Shown piece by piece: positions 1-12,856 of a DNA stretch of 64,000 nucleotides. A program made the position numbers and the translations under genes. Every line of letters begins with the position of its first letter. Position 1 is the stretch's first letter. The notes below the pieces were generated by a model. That model made no database searches. It saw only the letters and a program-made list of their open reading frames with translations, and was not told the DNA's origin. The DNA comes from Ramazzottius varieornatus (taxonomy: Eukaryota > Animalia > Tardigrada): positions 1,656,827-1,720,826 of the forward strand of contig BDGG01000006.1 in NCBI GenBank assembly GCA_001949185.1, given 5' to 3'.

Positions 1-588
1 AGCCATCGGTCGATTTTCTTAAGAGCTGCTAGCCATTGTCCTTGGGCAGAACTTCGTGCCCACGTTTCAAGCCTGTGAATCCCTTGTCAAAGAGTTCCAA
101 ATAGAATCTTGCAAGTTTCTGGAGCAGCATTTCAAAGCCAAGGGATACGTGCGATTGTCCGTTATCGGATGGACGACTTTCCCCAGGATTAGCACTGGAA
201 TCGCTAGCAGCCAGCTTATGGAAGACGCCATCATTAGATGCCTGAAAGCCATCCTTACAGTTCAGGGTAAAGGAGCTATTCTCACAGACCTTTGGACTTC
301 CATCGAGACCATGCACAAGTGAGTTATCCTTATGTCCTACTCTTCGTGCGGGCTCCCTGGTAAGCTGGAGGTCGGCATAAGTTTTGAAGATTGCATATCC
401 GATATTTCTCTTTGTGCTTTAGGATGCCTGAATCTCCTGCCGAACTGCAGTCGCTCAAACAAATAAACGACCACAATGTTTCGGACTCGGTGTCGTGGGA
501 AAAGATTCTCCTGAAAGACGAGTATTACTCGCTACCACCGGTTGTACTACCTCCCAGTTCCCAGGTACCAATTCAGCTTTCTTCATAG
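1..588 (+). CDS. 3' end of a gene of unknown product entering from the left edge (exon to ~318, last exon 423-588)
   Basis: Open frame ending ...SIETMH-AA|GTGAGT, acceptor TTTAG|G at 422, phase-compatible with MPESPAELQ...QLSS*. No recognisable domain. Confidence 0.5.
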
Positions 589-2048
589 TTTGGTTTCGTG
601 CTGTAGCGTTGTCCTGTGTTTTTGGTTCTGCATCTACAATGCAGCGATTCCACTTCTCGTAACTGGCGCGTTTTTGCTCTTTACAAAAATTTCCCATTAC
701 CATAACTGGAAAAAACCATCACGGAAAAAGTCATCTCGGGAGAGGAGCAATCTCCGGATCCATCACGTATTTCTGATTACTGGCTGGAACGAGGAAGTAG
801 AATATACCTCATAACTGTCGTAATTTCTTGTCGAAAGTTCTATATGTATATTTCTCTTATTCGAGTATATATACTTGATTATCATAAATTCACAACGAAT
901 ACAATAATGGAGATGCTAGAATGGATGCGGAAGCGATGGTCATTAGTACGTCCTTTACTGTAGTGTCAAATTCCGTATTCGTCACAACCAATCCAGTTTT
1001 GGTCCCGCAAACCTACGAGGGACCATTCAGTCATTTCACTCGCCGATCAAGACAACTCTTCCGTGTTAGCTGAGACCCTTAGCTCTCTACAAAGTCCCCC
1101 TTTCTTATAGACATTCGGTTTCAGTCTCGGTCTTTTCAGTTTGGTCCCAGGTATTTCAGTCCTGATCCGTCTAAATACACCCTGAGTGCGCCAACTGCTA
1201 CCACCTGGCATTTCGGCGAGAAAGAATTCAGAGCACGACCCTAGCATTCATGCTACCACACGTTTCGTACAACTTTTAAAGCCGCTTCGATTGAGCTGTG
1301 ATATTTCTTATTGTGATGGGAAATAGCTCGAAAAAAATGAGCAGTATGACTTCCGGTGAGGAAGTAGGTAAAACGCAGCAGGTACAACGCTGTCTGCAAA
1401 AATTCCGGGTGGGAGTTTGTGCCTCCAAAATGACGTAAACAAACTTACACCCACCGTAGCTTTTCAGGAAAAATGAAGAAAGAGCAGGAAAGTTCCGGAC
1501 TAACTCGACAACGGAATCAAAACCGTCAAACGTTTACATTTTGCCGGAAAACTCCTCTGGTAAAAAGTTCTAGATCTTTTCCAAAACATCAGATTCATGT
1601 TTTCCACCCACTCTCCTGTAATTGAGTGTCATTTCTATTTATTTTCAGCAACAGAACTGCAGGACAACAGCGAAGAAATGCTTTCCGAAAAGGGCCCAAA
1701 ATTTTGCGAAAGATGTTGTTACTTTCACTTCGCGTTTCCCCTACTTTTATTTTTATTCCGACTTTTTGTAAACAGATTTTTGAGCAGTAATTTTTGGGGA
1801 GGTAGGAAACAGGATGTTGAATCGAGGAAAATTGAGGAATCTCAAAGCCGAGCAACAATCGCGTCGAGAAAATTTTGATATGATAGGTGGTAGCAAGCAA
1901 CTCAGAGTGTAATACGCTAATTCAGCCTAATCTTTGGACTAAAACTGAAGCTGATAAAAACACTGATATTTTATGTCAGACCGTTGAAAATGGATACAAC
2001 ACTGCACCGGAAGTGCTCGCTGATGCGCATCTCTAACGCGGGAATGAT

Positions 2049-2578
2049 AGCAGTCGTGCCGCTCCGTTCCGTGAACCAATACGACCGAAAGATAGACAAC
2101 GGTTTCTTTACAAACCGGATGGGCTGGACGTCCGAAACTGATTCTTGGACGCCAGTTCAAAAATAGGGGAGAAGAGCGTACGTTCCGTACAACCCTGCAC
2201 CGACAACGTAAAGTTCTATGATTGGAACTTTTGACTGAGCGCAAGAATATCAGCCCATGGGCTGTTACGACGCAAGATGATCCGAACTGCGCACCACAGT
2301 ATGCTTCCAGTGTGAGGTGGCAGGTAATTTGGTACAACAAAATGACAGCAACACCGCCACAGTAGTTCAGATGATATTCTTACGCTCAATCAAGAGCTCG
2401 CATAAAAAAAACTCTACGTCATCGAACCATGGTTGTACGGCACGTACGCCATTCTTTCAGAGTTTTCTATTGGTGTTCAGGAATCGGTTTCGGATGTCCA
2501 ACCTATCCGGTTTGTGGAGAAAACTCTTGTCTACCTTTCTGTCGTATTGGTTTCTGCGTCGGAGCGGCATGACTGCAG
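2049..2578. repeat. Long diverged inverted repeat (~205-bp arms at ~2049-2255 and ~2370-2578, ~115-bp spacer)
   Basis: GCAGTCGTGCCGCTCCG / CGGAGCGGCATGACTGC, ACAAACCGGAT / ATCCGGTTTGT and CCGTACAACC / GGTTGTACGG are colinear reverse complements. ORF translations on opposite strands share VYLSVVLV...ERHDC and IFLRS(V/I)KSS. Confidence 0.8.
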
Positions 2579-2846
2579 TAAAGAGGGCGTTGCTCGTGTT
2601 AAGACTATCTCTCAACACGCGTGTGTTTTTCGAGTGATATTCTGATACAGTATCTTTCAGCCGTTCGTTTTGGTTTCATTACCGAGGCAAAGTCTGGCAA
2701 AGTGCGGTTCAATATTCCGAAAAACTTGATGTCAAAAAGGTCGGTTCCGTTCGAAAATGTTTTCGACGCATTCTCATATGGATATAGCTTTTCGTTCTTA
2801 GGCGTCGAAAATTTGAAAATTCGCCCTGGTGCGGCTGTAGCCGTCG

Positions 2847-3742
2847 TAAGTGTAAACATTCCATTCAAATATGGGGCAAATTTTGTGAGAAATGGACAAT
2901 TTAAAATTTCTTGAAACGATGAGTCGTCTAACCGCCCCTCTTTTCATCTACGAGGGGCTGGGAATTCATCCTGATACCTGCTTGTCTACTTCTCCAGCTC
3001 GGAGGCTGGAAAAGTAGATAATTTTGAGTTTCATCTTCGTCGACCGATCGGTTGTTTTCAGTTGCACGTTCCTAAATTCGTGTTTCTCTCCTACTTCTTT
3101 CCATCTTCGATCATATCTGTACCTCAGAGTATGCTACCTTCGCGTCCGAAAAGAAGGTCTGACATTCCTTGCACTGGGAGCAGCAAAAAACATTTTGTGA
3201 CGGCTGATCAGCCGCAGCAGCGTCTCGAAAGCATCTCTTTACATCCGTACTTCTTGCCGCCCTCTGTCTTCATTCCAGCCTTGGCAGAATACTGCAGAGA
3301 AAGTCCTTACTTTTCGGAACTTCCGTCCGATGCTGTAGATGCCGCGTGGACGACAGTAAATTGAGCAGATTGCGAGGCGACGTAAGATTCAACACATCCT
3401 CAGCATTCGGCAATTCCTCGTAGTCATCGCATAACAGGCATGGTCTCTTCAGCTACGATCAGGGCTCCCAAGTCCTCCATAATACGTTGTTTCCCTCTGG
3501 AAAGACATGATCTCACTGGCGATGAATAATGAGAACGGAAAAAACTGAGCTGAGCGATCGTTCGAAAACAAATACTGATAGCTGTGGGTTCAGAAATATC
3601 TTGCATTCAATTATCATAGAAGAGGAGAAGTGATTGATTGGTCGATCTCATATAAGGGAGGTGCAATCAACTTTTCAACTTCTCTTCTTCTCCCAAAAAT
3701 CTGCCCCATATTTGAATGGAACTAATGTGTAGGTTACACTTA
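2847..3742. mobile_element. Non-autonomous TIR DNA transposon remnant
   Basis: TAAGTGTAAAC..TTCCATTCAAATATGGGGCAAATTTT (2847-2884) versus AAAATCTGCCCCATATTTGAATGGAA..GTTACACTTA (3696-3742). The TA ends may be a TA target duplication. Confidence 0.6.
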
Positions 3743-3950
3743 AGCATCACAGCTTTACCGACAGAAGTGTAACGTCAAGTATAAGTGCATAATGTTCCAG
3801 CATTACACTTTTGCCAGCCGTCAATACCTGGGCATACGTGTGATTTTGCAGTGGAAAATGGATCTCTGACTTGAAAAACATGCACGGAAGTTGAGCCGAT
3901 GATCAGGATATCGTAAATGGGGAAGTGCGCTAGATACCATACGCCTTTAC

Positions 3951-4152
3951 TAGCGTGCCATTGATCACTTGATTGTGCATCCTTAGCGTTAATGCGTTCG
4001 GCTGATTGGCGGCTGATCGTTGATTAGTCGGTCTGCTCCGTTCTTGCCACCCGGGACTGAGTTACGCGTTCGACTGTGTGGTGGATCGTACACAACGGGT
4101 ATCAGAGAGCCAGTCAGCTGATCTTCCCTGGTAGCGGAATGATCAAGAGCTG
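3951..4152 (-). repeat. Copy 1 of a ~200-bp ungapped dispersed duplicate (copy 2 at 6621-6822), probably a coding-exon remnant
   Basis: Colinear at a constant offset of 2670. In one minus frame many differences are synonymous (LDHSATREDQLTGSLIP..YDPPHSRTR vs LDHPATGEDQLIGSLIP..YDPPHSRTR). Confidence 0.75.
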
Positions 4153-4239
4153 TTCCGATTTTTCATCCTATATGTTTGTTCAGTAATATTGTATTAAAAT
4201 TCCGCTGGAGGACGAATATTCGGCAATAGTAAGTAGGTG

Positions 4240-4361
4240 CAGGGCCGCCGCGGCCGTATCGAATGTATCGCGATTGAGGCGTGACGTCACTGACTAAAGT
4301 GCAAAATTGATCGCGACGCATGACGTAGTTGATATATTCGATACAGACCGCGGCGGCCCTG
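4240..4361. mobile_element. hAT-superfamily MITE (122 bp)
   Basis: TIRs CAGGGCCGCCGCGG..GTATCGAATGTATC / GATATATTCGATAC..CCGCGGCGGCCCTG, with a perfect 8-bp TSD AGTAGGTG at 4232-4239 and 4362-4369. Confidence 0.9.
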
Positions 4362-6503
4362 AGTAGGTGGATTTGTGGCTTATTAAAACATCATTGATGG
4401 TACATAACGTGATGAAAGAGCTTAAAATAATTAAGTTAGGCTCGCAATTCTGCGATGAATCAAAACTTTCAACCAACGAGTTTTAGGTCGCCGAAGCGGC
4501 TTGGACCCTTTCGAATACCACTTTTACTTTCGAATACCGCCGTGTGTTCCAGGATTTGTTTTGAATAGATCTGCAACTCGAACTGTGGAGAACCTCACCA
4601 CTACTTTCATGCGAAGCTGGTTTGTGCGTCGAGACCCAGCGGTTGTGTAATCCTCTTGTGGGACCCATCAGCAGAACTCCAAAATTTTGTCGAACTGGCA
4701 GCATTTCAGTCTGTATCATTAGTCTACTGATAATACAAACAAAGACGCCGAGACAACGAATTCACGTTGGCTGTTGTTTGGATGGTGTGAAACGGCCAAT
4801 ATTCTTAATGATTCCTAATTGAGGAGCGATTTCTACCTACTGTGCTGCTGTTCTTTCGACGAAAACGCGAAAAATGTTCCGGCTTTTGGTTGGCGCTTGC
4901 TGCACTGTATCTGCATCGTTCTCGTTGTTTTATGGCTAAATTTAACGTTTTGCCCAGTGCGAAAGCAACGGCATGCTTTACATCATATGAACGGAGACCA
5001 CGCATCTCTTTTCGAATACGTTTTGAACTCGAAGAGGGGATCTTAGGATTTTGGTCAAATCCTTTTTCTGAACTTCTGGTTTAATATACGATATCAGGCG
5101 CGGCATCCTAAGGCCGAGCGCTAGTGCCGGCCTGCATTTGCCGAGGTCCAAGCTTACGACGTCCAAATTGTCTTGAGCGCTGTTAACTACGTATGGATCG
5201 CCTAACGGAGGATCCTAGGTCACTCGACAAGTCAAAAGGAGTCCAGCAACTTCAGTCTGCAGCTGCCGTTTGGTACACCTCGAGTAGTAAACTAGGCTTC
5301 AGCAACGTAACGGGATCCTGCATGAAGCTTCATACAGGTTGCCGTTAGCTAACGGCGGTTCTCCTTACATTGGTCAAACCCGAACTTTTTGCGATCGTGA
5401 GTGGCTCTCCGTAAGCCAATCAGAATAGTCGAAACATAAGAGACCCGCCCGTAAAATTACATCACTGAAGAATCGACCAGTTTTCGTGCTGTTTGTGTAG
5501 CACTGTATGGACGGTATATTTGGCCCTACTGTGGACGACGAGCCTTCAGGATTTTCTAAAGCTCCAGGAAGGAGTCGAGGGCATTTCTTCCCGATAGTTC
5601 GGAGGAAGCTAAGAGTCATAGCTATCACGTAAAGGCACCAACATCACGGTCAGCGTGTGACATGGTCTGAAGGTCCCCTCGTTAATGAGTCATGTGGTGG
5701 CATGCGAGGACCTTGGTTGCAGATAGCTCAGCGCAACCAAAAAAACGGGAGTGATTTGCTTCGCCAGCAAATTAGATTGCCGTTGCGTTACGCTGCGAAC
5801 ACTACCGATGCTGACGCCTCTATCGCCTCCAACGCCTTTGATCCGAGTACGAGCAAAACTTCACACTTGCCGCCCAGTCTCAGTTACCAGAGCATTACTG
5901 TACGCGGACAGCATTTCCCGGTACTGACGCTGAATGATACTGCTGATTCTGGTATGCCACACTCCAGGAGCAGGTGCAAGGCACGATGAGGTGCACTGCT
6001 CAAAGCGAGTTTGGTTTGGGCGGCCCCTTTGTTCTGGTGATGGCCATCCCTACGGATCTGGATCCCGTGCTGTTCGTCATTACGCTGTCCGTCCTACGTC
6101 ACGCGCTCCTGAAGTTTGTGAATGTCCGAGTGATGTGATGAATGGTCTTGCCATTATTCCCATGTTTGGTTTCCTATGCCCAACCCTCGTAACGCTGATA
6201 CCAACATTGATCATTCTCGACGCTGCCAACGCCAAACTACTGCAGACGTGTGTGGCATTGGCCATGGTAATCTCCCGGTGGGCGATACTTGGTTTGAACT
6301 TTGAAGGACTCTAATGGATCTTCCATTCCTTGATGTAGGACGAACAACAGATTATGCTAATCTTTCCCCCAATCGAGATCTGGATAAACGGAGTTATCTT
6401 CGAAAGGCATGAGCTTGGTTCTGATGAATAATTTTGAGTGCCCCACAGAAACCCCCATGATTGTTGCGCCTACTATACGCAGCTTATGTTGATTTGCTAA
6501 GCT

Positions 6504-6954
6504 CTGTTTCATCTACCGATGGGTGGTACTTTTACCCTCCTGGCCAACCCGTCCAGCATTTTTTATGGGTCAGCTGTCAATCAGTCGAGCATGAATGTGC
6601 AGTATCACACACGGTTAGCCCAGCGTGTCATTGATTACATGATTATGTACTCAGGGTGCAAATCTGTTTGACTGATTGACAGCTGAACGTTGATTGGCCT
6701 GTCTGCCGCGTGCTCAGTACCCGGGACGGATTCGCGCGTACGACTGTGTGGAGGATCGTACATACTGGGGATCAGAGATCCTATCAGTTGATCTTCCCCC
6801 GTAGCGGGATGATCAAGAGCTGATCTTAACTTTCTAAAACGTCCAAGTTGACCCGCCTTGCGAACTAAGAACTATGGCCGTAAAAGAATCCATAAAAAAC
6901 GTTGGATGGGTTGGCCAAGAGGGTAAAAGTACCTCCTATCGGTACATGAAACAG
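6504..6954. mobile_element. TIR element (~65-bp TIRs) carrying copy 2 of the 3951-4152 segment
   Basis: CTGTTTCATCTACCGATGGGTGGTACTTTTACCCTCCTGGCCAACCC..TTTTTTATGG versus CCATAAAAAA..GGGTTGGCCAAGAGGGTAAAAGTACCTCCTATCGGTACATGAAACAG. TSD not clear. Confidence 0.8.
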
Positions 6955-7326
6955 GTTAGTATTTTCGCGAAAACACCACCTGACGTCTTGAAGTCCTAAT
7001 ATGGCTAATCTGAGAAAAACTGAAACGCGCTTCCTGGTCACGGCATCACTAATCAATCCCCTTCTCGTGATTTATTCGTTTACGGACTTCCTGAAGAAGC
7101 ACAATACAGCTAACAAACTTATCGCAGAATGACAGACTCATGCAAGAACCATTTTACGCCCAGCAGTTCAGCAATTGAACTTGGTAACCCGAGGCCAGAC
7201 TGATCAAAGCATCTAGCCACGCAGACGCGACGGGGCATTTTTTAAACTCCAGACAGCACTTCCGGTTCGATTGCTCTCTAACCTGCTGTCCACGACTGTA
7301 CCTTGCTTTTGCTCAGTTGGCTGGTA

Positions 7327-8910
7327 ATGGATATCAAAGTTCCAGGCTTTACCAAGAGCCTGTACGGCAGAATTTTGAGCTTTTTTAGTGTGAGCAGACA
7401 ATCGGTCATCTTGCCGAACGGAACTTTGGCGAGTGAAATGCTCTATTCGCAGAATATTAGCGGTAACGAAACCTTAGTCAACGATGGACCCCACTGGGGC
7501 TATGCTTCCGTACTATCGCTGGTCATCATGATCGCCGGTTTCATCACAAACTCCAGCGCATTGCTGGTTTTCATCAAAAATAGCAACACCTTGATTACTC
7601 CCTTCAACGTTTACCTGATCAATCTACTGCTGGCTAACTTGTCTAACTTGATCGTTTTCTATCCGCTGGATATTTTTCATCAAGTAAACGGTAACAACTG
7701 GCGGCTAGGAACCCATGTCTGTACCTTGTACCTCTACGGCTTCTTCGTACTGAACGCTTTCATGGGTAACAGTCACCTTTTAATCATTTTCAACCGTTTA
7801 TGGGCAGTGACCTTTCCAATATCCTATCGGAACACTCACAGTCGTTCTTTGGCGATCAAGATTTGTGTGGGTATGTGGATCTACCTTCATGCATGTCTGC
7901 TTCCTGGTGTGATCCTTGACGCACTGTACTATCGTCCTCCGCTTGAGACTGACGGATGCCAATTCAACGTCGCAGCGCAATTTGACTGGGGAGAATCAAC
8001 TCAGCTACTGAACTTTCACGTACCACTGATGCTTATTGCTCTCAATTATATTTTCATTGTCTACAAAACCATGAGGAGAAGACCACCCAAGTTGCTGAAG
8101 AATGCAAAAGTACAACCAGCCGCAAGGCTTTCCGCGGAGGACGAAGGTTAAAAGCGCATGTCGAACATACATGGGACATGGGCAAATGAACTGGACCAGA
8201 TCTTGTTCTCAAGTGCCGCACTCTTTCCAATAGCGAGACCAGAAAAGTAGAAATGTCCACCACCTGAACAAAAAACTCGACAAGACCGGTTTTGTTCAAG
8301 TGACGCACGCTTGCAGCGAGTGACACTGAAATCGTGCGCCACTTGGAACGAAGTGGCCAGGATTGTCGTGCCATGTGGCGCACACTTTCGGTCCATAATA
8401 ATGGAGTCGTCCGTCACTGAAGTTAACGACCTGTATCACTTCATCTACTAATGCCTCACATTAACTTAAGTCTTCCTATGATAAGTTAAGGTAACTTCCG
8501 GCTGATATTGTATAGGGTCTCCAGCTGCAACGGGAAGAGTCAGGATGGAAGTTCTTTCCGCTTATCCCCAGTACCTAACCCAAGGCGCCTCCATCGTGAC
8601 CACGAACGAGACCTTGCCGACTTCCCGAGCAACGCGGTCCAAAACGGGGCAGGTTAGGCACGAACGACGAAGGCCGTTCTTCGGTCAGCGCTTCCTGGTG
8701 TTGACGCTGATGACTACCTGTGTCCTACTTTTTCATACGCCTCAGCAAGTCTACGTTACCTGGTGGTTTATTACGCGGATCGACATTCCTTCCGTGTTAG
8801 ATCCTTTTAACTTGATGCTGGCTGTCCCGTCTGTAATGGATCCCATACTTTTCACTATGACGTTGACCGATGTTCGAAAAGCGATGGCGCAACTTGTGCG
8901 TTGCTCGTGA
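7327..8910 (+). CDS. Rhodopsin-like (class A) GPCR, orphan; exons ~7327-8146 and 8516-8910
   Basis: TM1 GFITN, TM2 LINLLLAN, ECL1 W..G..C, TM3 end NRLW (DRY position), TM4 W, TM6 FHTP, TM7 DPILF. The phase-1 GT-AG intron joins both ORFs in frame. Confidence 0.88.
8298..8418. repeat. Two GTGGCGCAC-N25-GTGCGCCAC palindrome units in the GPCR intron
   Basis: AAGTGACGCAC-25-GTGCGCCACTT and ATGTGGCGCAC-25-GTCCGTCACT. Confidence 0.75.
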
Positions 8911-9111
8911 GCATGATTATAACCCCTCGAGAACGTTGGATCAAAGATTTGATTATTGCCGAGCAAAGCAAATCTGATTCTTGCCAAAACGCATCTAAAA
9001 ACGTAAATGATGGCCGGCTAGGGCTGGGTGGTCACTCCGGGCAATCAGGCAATCAAGGTGTGTTTTGGTCAGCATCTTTGTGACTTGGTGGGCTGATGAC
9101 TGCCGAGCAAA

Positions 9112-11426
9112 GGGCTCCGTACCTCGAACTCTAATAACGTTCTCCCCTAACATACTTCTTCCCCTAACTCGGGAACCAAACAGCCTCGGATGCGAAAAAC
9201 TATTTCCCCTAAAAACCGGCGACTGCTTCGAAGAAAACTTTCCCCTAAGAACCACGGCCTCGAACAACTTCGGACCCGAATAGCCTCAGGCCCGAAGACC
9301 TCGTTCACCGAAGAACTCTTTCCACTAGTGCTTTTGCGAGACATCACTAGTGAGACATCTCCGAAATTTACTGGGCCGAAAACTAATTTTTTCCTGAAAA
9401 CATAGCAACAAACAATAGACGAAAAACTCATCACAGCAAGTCAGGTCTTAGTGAAAATCAAAATTCCTCATCGGTGTCAGCTTTGCGTTTCTTTGCCGCC
9501 GTTCTATTCTCGATGTTTCGAGCGACCACCTCTAGATAATCTTCGGTGAGGCGTGGAGCACGGACATACGACTTACAAATGTCGGCCAGCTTCTGGGCAT
9601 ACCTCTGATAATACTTGTCTTTCGGCGGTAGGGAACTGCCAACACGCAGAGCCTCCACGCGCTTTGATGAACTTGCGCTTCTTCGCGAGCTCTTCTTCTG
9701 TCAGGCATCTTTAATGCTTTCTCTTGGAACGAAAGCCAAAGCGAGAACCATGCGAATCGAGCGACTGAATTCATCGTCATTAAGGTACTGAACAACGAGT
9801 CCGTTCTCTTGAACTTTTTGCCAGACTGCTTGCGAAAATTGAAAGTGGCAACCTGTAAACTGCCCATATAGAGAAGCGGAATACAAATATTATCAAATTT
9901 ATAATACTAAACTCAAGCAGCGCGCAGAAGTTCTACCTTGAATACGGGCGTGGGGAAAAATCTTGCCTGCCGTATTGATAACCGCTCGTTCTTAGTCGAT
10001 AACTATGCTCTTGGGTTTTGGTCCTTCGTCCAGGTCCAGTCGGAACGGTATGGCCTCCAGTTCGTCGCGAATTGCGTGAAACAGTTTTTCGTAGGTGGCA
10101 CTGCTCTTGTTGGGAAGCAAGGCAAACAGCACTGGAAATACTCCAGCGAAATGATCAACGTGAATCGTGTAGAGCTGATAAAACAATTTGGGAACAATCT
10201 GGAAAGTACCTTCCATGATCCAAGTCTTAGCCAAGCGCAGGTACTGGAAGCCCTCTCCTTTCAAAATAATGATGCGTTGCGGATCAGCCCTCCCGCTGTC
10301 AAACAACACGCTGTACCATCCGAGCTCACTCTTCTTCAGGTAGGTGTTGAGATCGGTATCTTCCGGCTTCTCGGGAGCTGGCATGTGAACCTGTCGCTGC
10401 CAACGCGCCATTCTTGTCAAATTATGGGCGGAAGGGAGATGGCCGGCTACTTCGATCGGGATATTCTGAACAAGATCGTTGGGCGAGGTTTCGTCAAGAT
10501 TTTTCTTGCCCGTTCACGTAAGTTTGCTTTGACTTCTTCCGCCTTGGTTTCGTTCACGTTGGCTACGTGGTTGTGCTCAGCGGTTGACAGTACATTATTA
10601 GAAGAATCCAGTGTAATCGTTTCCTCGCAGCCATAAGTGTCCTTCTTTCTACAGTCCCAATAAGACCGCTCGCGCGGCAAGTTCCTGTTCTTGGTGTAGG
10701 TGTGACTTCCATACATGGCAATATTCCCTCCTCTGGATGACTTGATAAATGTCACCACGGTAGGACTGATATCGCGGACGCTTTCGTTTGCCATAGTAGA
10801 GATCGTTAATTCCGTAGTAAGCCGAATCTAGACTGAAAACAACCTGAAAAGTTGCAAAGAAAACGTTAAAAACGTTTTGCAATGTTCTGAAGAGAAACAG
10901 AATTCAATCAGACAGACAAACGGAAAGCTGTTCGAAAGATTCCTAAAGTGTGTTTGGCGCTACATGCGTCGATTCGACCGATGCAACGGCTCTTCGCTCA
11001 GGAGGGGCGGTACTTCGCTTGCCTGCCGCTTGATTCGAACTGCACTCTTTATACTGCGATTTCGAACTGCATGTACTGCAGATCAATCAATGGATTAACG
11101 GGGGCAAGTTCCGGCTTTTAAATAAGTACTGTCAATCGTCTGCATATGTCAAGCGTCGACAGTCGCCGTGTCGACACGAGACGACAAAAACCGGTTTTAG
11201 GTGAAACAGTTCATTAAAGGCGGAGCTTTCAGGGCTCGTGTTTGTTAGAAGCCGAAGCTCTTCGAGGCGGTGGTTCTTCGGGGCCAAAGTCGTTAGAGAA
11301 TATGGACATATTTTAGGAGAAGGTGCTGTTAGAGTACGAAGCCCTTAGGGGGAAGGGTTGTTCTAGTTCGAGGTTCTTCGGAGCAACGTTTAGGGGAAAT
11401 TGGAGTTTGAGGATAACGTGCCCCAC
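9112..11426 (-). mobile_element. Decayed Mutator-like (MULE) DNA transposon with FLYWCH and MULE transposase remnants
   Basis: Long imperfect TIRs built of TCCCCTAA / TTAGGGGA and CCTCGAA / TTCGAGG motifs. Near-identical 9-bp flanks CCGAGCAAA (9103-9111) and CCAAGCAAA (11427-11435). Confidence 0.85.
9458..10794 (-). pseudogene. Disrupted MULE transposase (frameshift, stop, internal deletion)
   Basis: FLYWCH YWDC..C..HNH; MULE domain WIMEGTF..VPKLFYQLYTIH..FPVLFALLPNK; IVID*; GCHFQFSQAV; ALAFVP followed by a jump to the C-terminal segment. Confidence 0.85.
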
Positions 11427-12856
11427 CCAAGCAAAGTACCACGTCCAGCGTCAGTCGTCATTTCCATCGTCAATTACTGCAATTTCGGTTTTTCTTATTC
11501 ACGTGGGAGTTTTGCAACGTCTCTGGTAAACTTTTTATCAAAGTCATCCGTCATTTTCCTACTGCCGAATCCAGATTGAGCTGATCACGAAATAGGTGGC
11601 TTTATTAGTTATCTTCGGTGATAGTACTGTTGTTTGGTACTTTGAACCCTCTGGGAATACTAAAACGTATGTCAGGGAAGGACTCAGTGACGCGCAAACT
11701 ACCTGTCCTTTTGAAACCATGCAGGCTTCATTCGACCATCGGAACTACGTAATTTTCGCTGTCAGGCGGCATGAAAAGGGTCAGCTGCCTGTTCGCAGAC
11801 CAACAGGGGTACTTGTTGATCCGTACGAAATTGAAGGACAGCTTTCAGCAGGTAGTGGGATAAAAATTACAAACAGTAGCAACTTTGTTGAACGTTTGCC
11901 TTTCTGTATCTACAGTACGAGGAGAGAGGCCCAACTTTTCTGACAAGCTTACTTTGCTAAGCCAAAGTCTGAAGGTAGCGCTGCCCACTGCGAATCTAGA
12001 CTACAACCAATTGGCGGCTGAGCAGAAGTTAGCAAAGTTTTAGCCAGTTAGCATTCACAGTTCAATTTTAGGCCTTGATTCAGTGATCGGCAAGTCCACC
12101 GAGAGATTCAGATAAATCTGTCAAGGCAATGCGTTTGCGCTCGGAAGTTAGCAAAGTTGTAGCCGTTCCGATTTTGGGTGCAAACGGCTGTGTTGCGTCA
12201 TCATTAACCCTGAGCACACTTTCAGAAATGTGTGATTCTGCTCGGTTCGACACATATGTGCTTTATCGGGCTTGGCTTGTTCTGCCCTCTGCAGAAAGAG
12301 TGCTTCCTCATATCGGATGCCATCTTCGAATGGCTTCCACTCTGGAATTTCTCTCGTCACGATCTTCCAGTGTTCCCAACTTCTGTCTGCAGCAGAATGA
12401 AGCAAGGTTGTGGGAGATACTTGTGAATTAATTTGGAATTTCAGGACCTGATGGTTTTCGAGAAATTCGTTAGTCAGAAAAGTAGTAACCAGTTTGGCGA
12501 GTTAGAAAAGTTGGGTCTTGTTCCTCTTAAATAAGCTGAGTTCTCACATCAACGTAATTGAGTCACAATTACGACCGAAGGACATTCATTTTTCAACCGA
12601 AGTGTAGACTGCCGTGGATCGCCGCACGGAGTGTCCCCTAGAACGATCAAAAATTGCTCAATACAGTACATTGCTGCTGCGGGGTCTTCCTACTGTCTGT
12701 CCATAATCCGTAGCGCCCGACGCCTGTTTATACTGCGTGCGGACGGTAGAAAAAATACCCAGATATATAAGGTTGTAACTGCATTGTTGAGTTTCCACGG
12801 TACCCTCAGAGAAGTTTAGTTTCGAACAACAACCCGAAATTGTTTCTTCTTTTGTA

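Noticed and set aside
3874-4168. 7SK-like RNA on the minus strand (GGATG start, UU-GAUC..GAUC hairpin, T5 end)
   Set aside because: The second copy breaks the stem (AGCT to AACT) and lacks the GGATG start, and the substitutions follow a codon pattern. An Infernal search with 7SK models would settle it.
9938-10636. 232-aa plus-strand ORF, and similar ORFs at 21962-22426, 40718-41362 (5' part) and 51970-52611
   Set aside because: Antisense or alternate-frame shadows of real coding sequence.
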